From Hemiscyllium ocellatum (Eukaryota), in NCBI RefSeq assembly GCF_020745735.1, contig NC_083447.1:21470755-21534754 (forward strand): a stretch of 64,000 nucleotides of DNA. Direction: 5' to 3'. Below the pieces are notes generated by a model. That model was not told the origin of the DNA and made no database searches. It was given only the letters and a program-made list of their open reading frames with translations. Shown here in pieces: positions 61,848 to 64,000 of this stretch; positions within the stretch are counted from its first letter, which is position 1, and each line of letters opens with the position of its first letter. The position numbers and the translations under genes are program-made.

Positions 61848-64000
61848 ACTGCGTCTGTCTTTTCTCTTGGCGAACCATTTGAATCGAGCTGGGTCTAAGT
61901 ACAGTTTCAGTCTGACTTGCTCTCTTTTCTCTCTCTCTCATTCTCTGCCACTACTGGTACCGCACAGATATAGCTATCATGCACATCTGAATACCCGTCT
62001 CACTTTCTCCATCTCTCAAAAGTTGTTACTTCTTTCGTCCATCAGTCTCCATGCTGCCTCCTATAGTTTATTTTTTGGTTCTGTTCAGAGGTATTTTATT
62101 GTCCCTCCATTTCTGACACACTTACATTATTCCACTGCCCCAATCTCTCTGTCGCAGTACAGCGCATTCTCTCTCAAGTTCTCATTAAAGGGAAATTACT
62201 GAAAGGTTACCGCGAGTTGACTTGAATGGACCATCAAGTCAGATTTTGGAACGGGAAAATATTTATTAAGACGAACTATTGTTTGGAAGATAAAGCCGTC
62301 ATTTTAATTAGGCAAGGTAAAAGATGCATTTTTTGCCTGGAGTTCCCTTTCAATAAGGGAAGGAGCGAGAGCAGGAGCATTGATTCTTGTGAAGAGATTA
62401 ACCACTTGTTTCAAGTTACTAAGTAGAATATTTGAAGTTCAAAAGTTACTGAGGACAACTTGGATACGCCTTTTCTACATTCAACATATGGGGACATAAA
62501 ATTGTTGTTTCATTTATTCTTGCATGGGCCATGGGTGTTGCCTGTTAAGACAAGCATTTATTGTCCATTGTTGATTATGCTTGAACTGGCATTTCAGAGA
62601 GCACGTCAGTCAATCACACTCACATGCAAATCAAAGTAAGGATATCAAATTTCCTTACCTAAATAGAGTTAGTAAACCTGATGTTTTCTTTCACAACAAT
62701 CCACACTAGTTACTTGGTTTCAATTACTCTAATTTTTAATTCTAGATTTAATTGCATTCAAGTGGAGCCATCTGCCATTGATTCGAACCCATGACCAAGA
62801 ATATTAGCCTGGGTCTCTCGAACTAGCCTAATGACATAACCACGATGCCACCAACTCTCAATATTTCACAATTTGTTTGAAAAAAAATTAACTAAACACA
62901 GCTGCATTCTTAATTATCAAAACGTACATTAAAATTACGCAGTCAAATTTGATGACTTCCTTCTGTTCCAATGTGGCAGTCTATAGGGATTAAATGGTTT
63001 CACGCTGCCCGATAGAGGACTTGATGGACACAATAGGCTCAGTCTGTCCGTAATAGCAGGTTCTAATTTGCAAAACGATTTCTGCGTCTTTATACGTAAC
63101 AGTGTCAAGGGGGAGGGGGGTGGGGAAGGTGGTGAATTGCTTCACCCGTGTTGCTCTGCAAAAGGCTAGAAGAGGCTACAGACGTCTGCTGTTCGCGTGT
63201 GACAAAGCAAATTCCAAGCAGTTGTTTGTTCAATATCCCTCGTCCAGTTCTAGACAGAGAGTCTATGACGTGCATGGATAAAACTCAGTCTTTTTAATGA
63301 TCATATTTTCTGACATTTGCAACCTATAAACTCGATGCCACTTTTTTTTAAGCAGGAGGATAAAAAAGATCAAAACAATGACAAACTTACGTCATTTTTC
63401 TAATGTCTATAGGAAGCTGTTATTTGAATTTTAACCCACACAGGTAGTCGCCCAAGGCTGAAATTGAATCATGGTCTCTCGTGCTGTGATATTGCAGTGT
63501 TAACTACATTGCCACCGTGCCGCCCTCATGCTCAGTAAACTCCCCATATAGTCTCCAAAATCTCTATACTCAGAGCTGTGGATGAGCTATTCTGTAACAA
63601 GTGCATAATGTTCACGTTTTCTTGGAATCTCCATTTCAGAGAGCAATTAATCAACAACATTGGATTGTATCCTGAATCACATAGAGGTCAAATTGTATAA
63701 GGATGGACATTAGTGATCCAGATTAGTGTTTATTTTCGACAATCCGGTACTTTCATGCTGATAATACTTTTAGTATTGCAGTTTTGATTCAATTTTCTGC
63801 CAATGTGGATAGCTAAATGCATATAACGAGATCATTAGCCTAGAGTTCTATATAACTACTAGAACAGAAACAAAACCAACCGTGCTGGATTCAGACGTAG
63901 CACTGGTTTCGTATGACAAAGGCAAAAATGATACAGCGCCAATCGCATATTACATTGGTTACATTCAGCCAAAATCGAACATTTCACCATTGAAATATTG

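Noticed and set aside
61867-62426. Plus-strand ORFs of 111 aa and 66 aa
   Set aside because: Low-complexity pyrimidine-rich sequence with no domain motif or splice context.
63840-64000. Possible end of a further V gene at the window edge (ALYHFC on minus strand)
   Set aside because: No heptamer or nonamer follows and the sequence is truncated by the window; cannot be supported.

Overview
Vertebrate genomic DNA, very likely from a cartilaginous fish (shark-type HE1/V-SINEs, CR1, RTE and Penelope repeats). It carries the core of a T-cell receptor beta (TRB) locus on the minus strand. In transcription order there are four widely spaced V genes: a frameshifted TRBV30-like pseudogene at about 61.3-61.7 kb and three open V exons at about 55.9, 40.8 and 31.5 kb, each with a leader exon and a 23-bp-spacer RSS. 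A gap of about 21.7 kb follows, then one D segment (GGGACAGGGGGGA, 9705-9717) flanked by 12- and 23-RSSs, then six FGxG J segments (8632 down to 5470) with 12-type RSSs and GT donors. No constant exon was found; it probably lies beyond position 1. The D and J segments are invisible in the ORF track. Most of the rest is retroelement debris. Three unrelated Penelope-type repeat families carry hammerhead-ribozyme cores with covarying stems. One of these sits in a perfect 188-bp palindrome inserted between D and the first J. All comparisons with human or mouse genes are from memory and were not computed; repeat boundaries are approximate.
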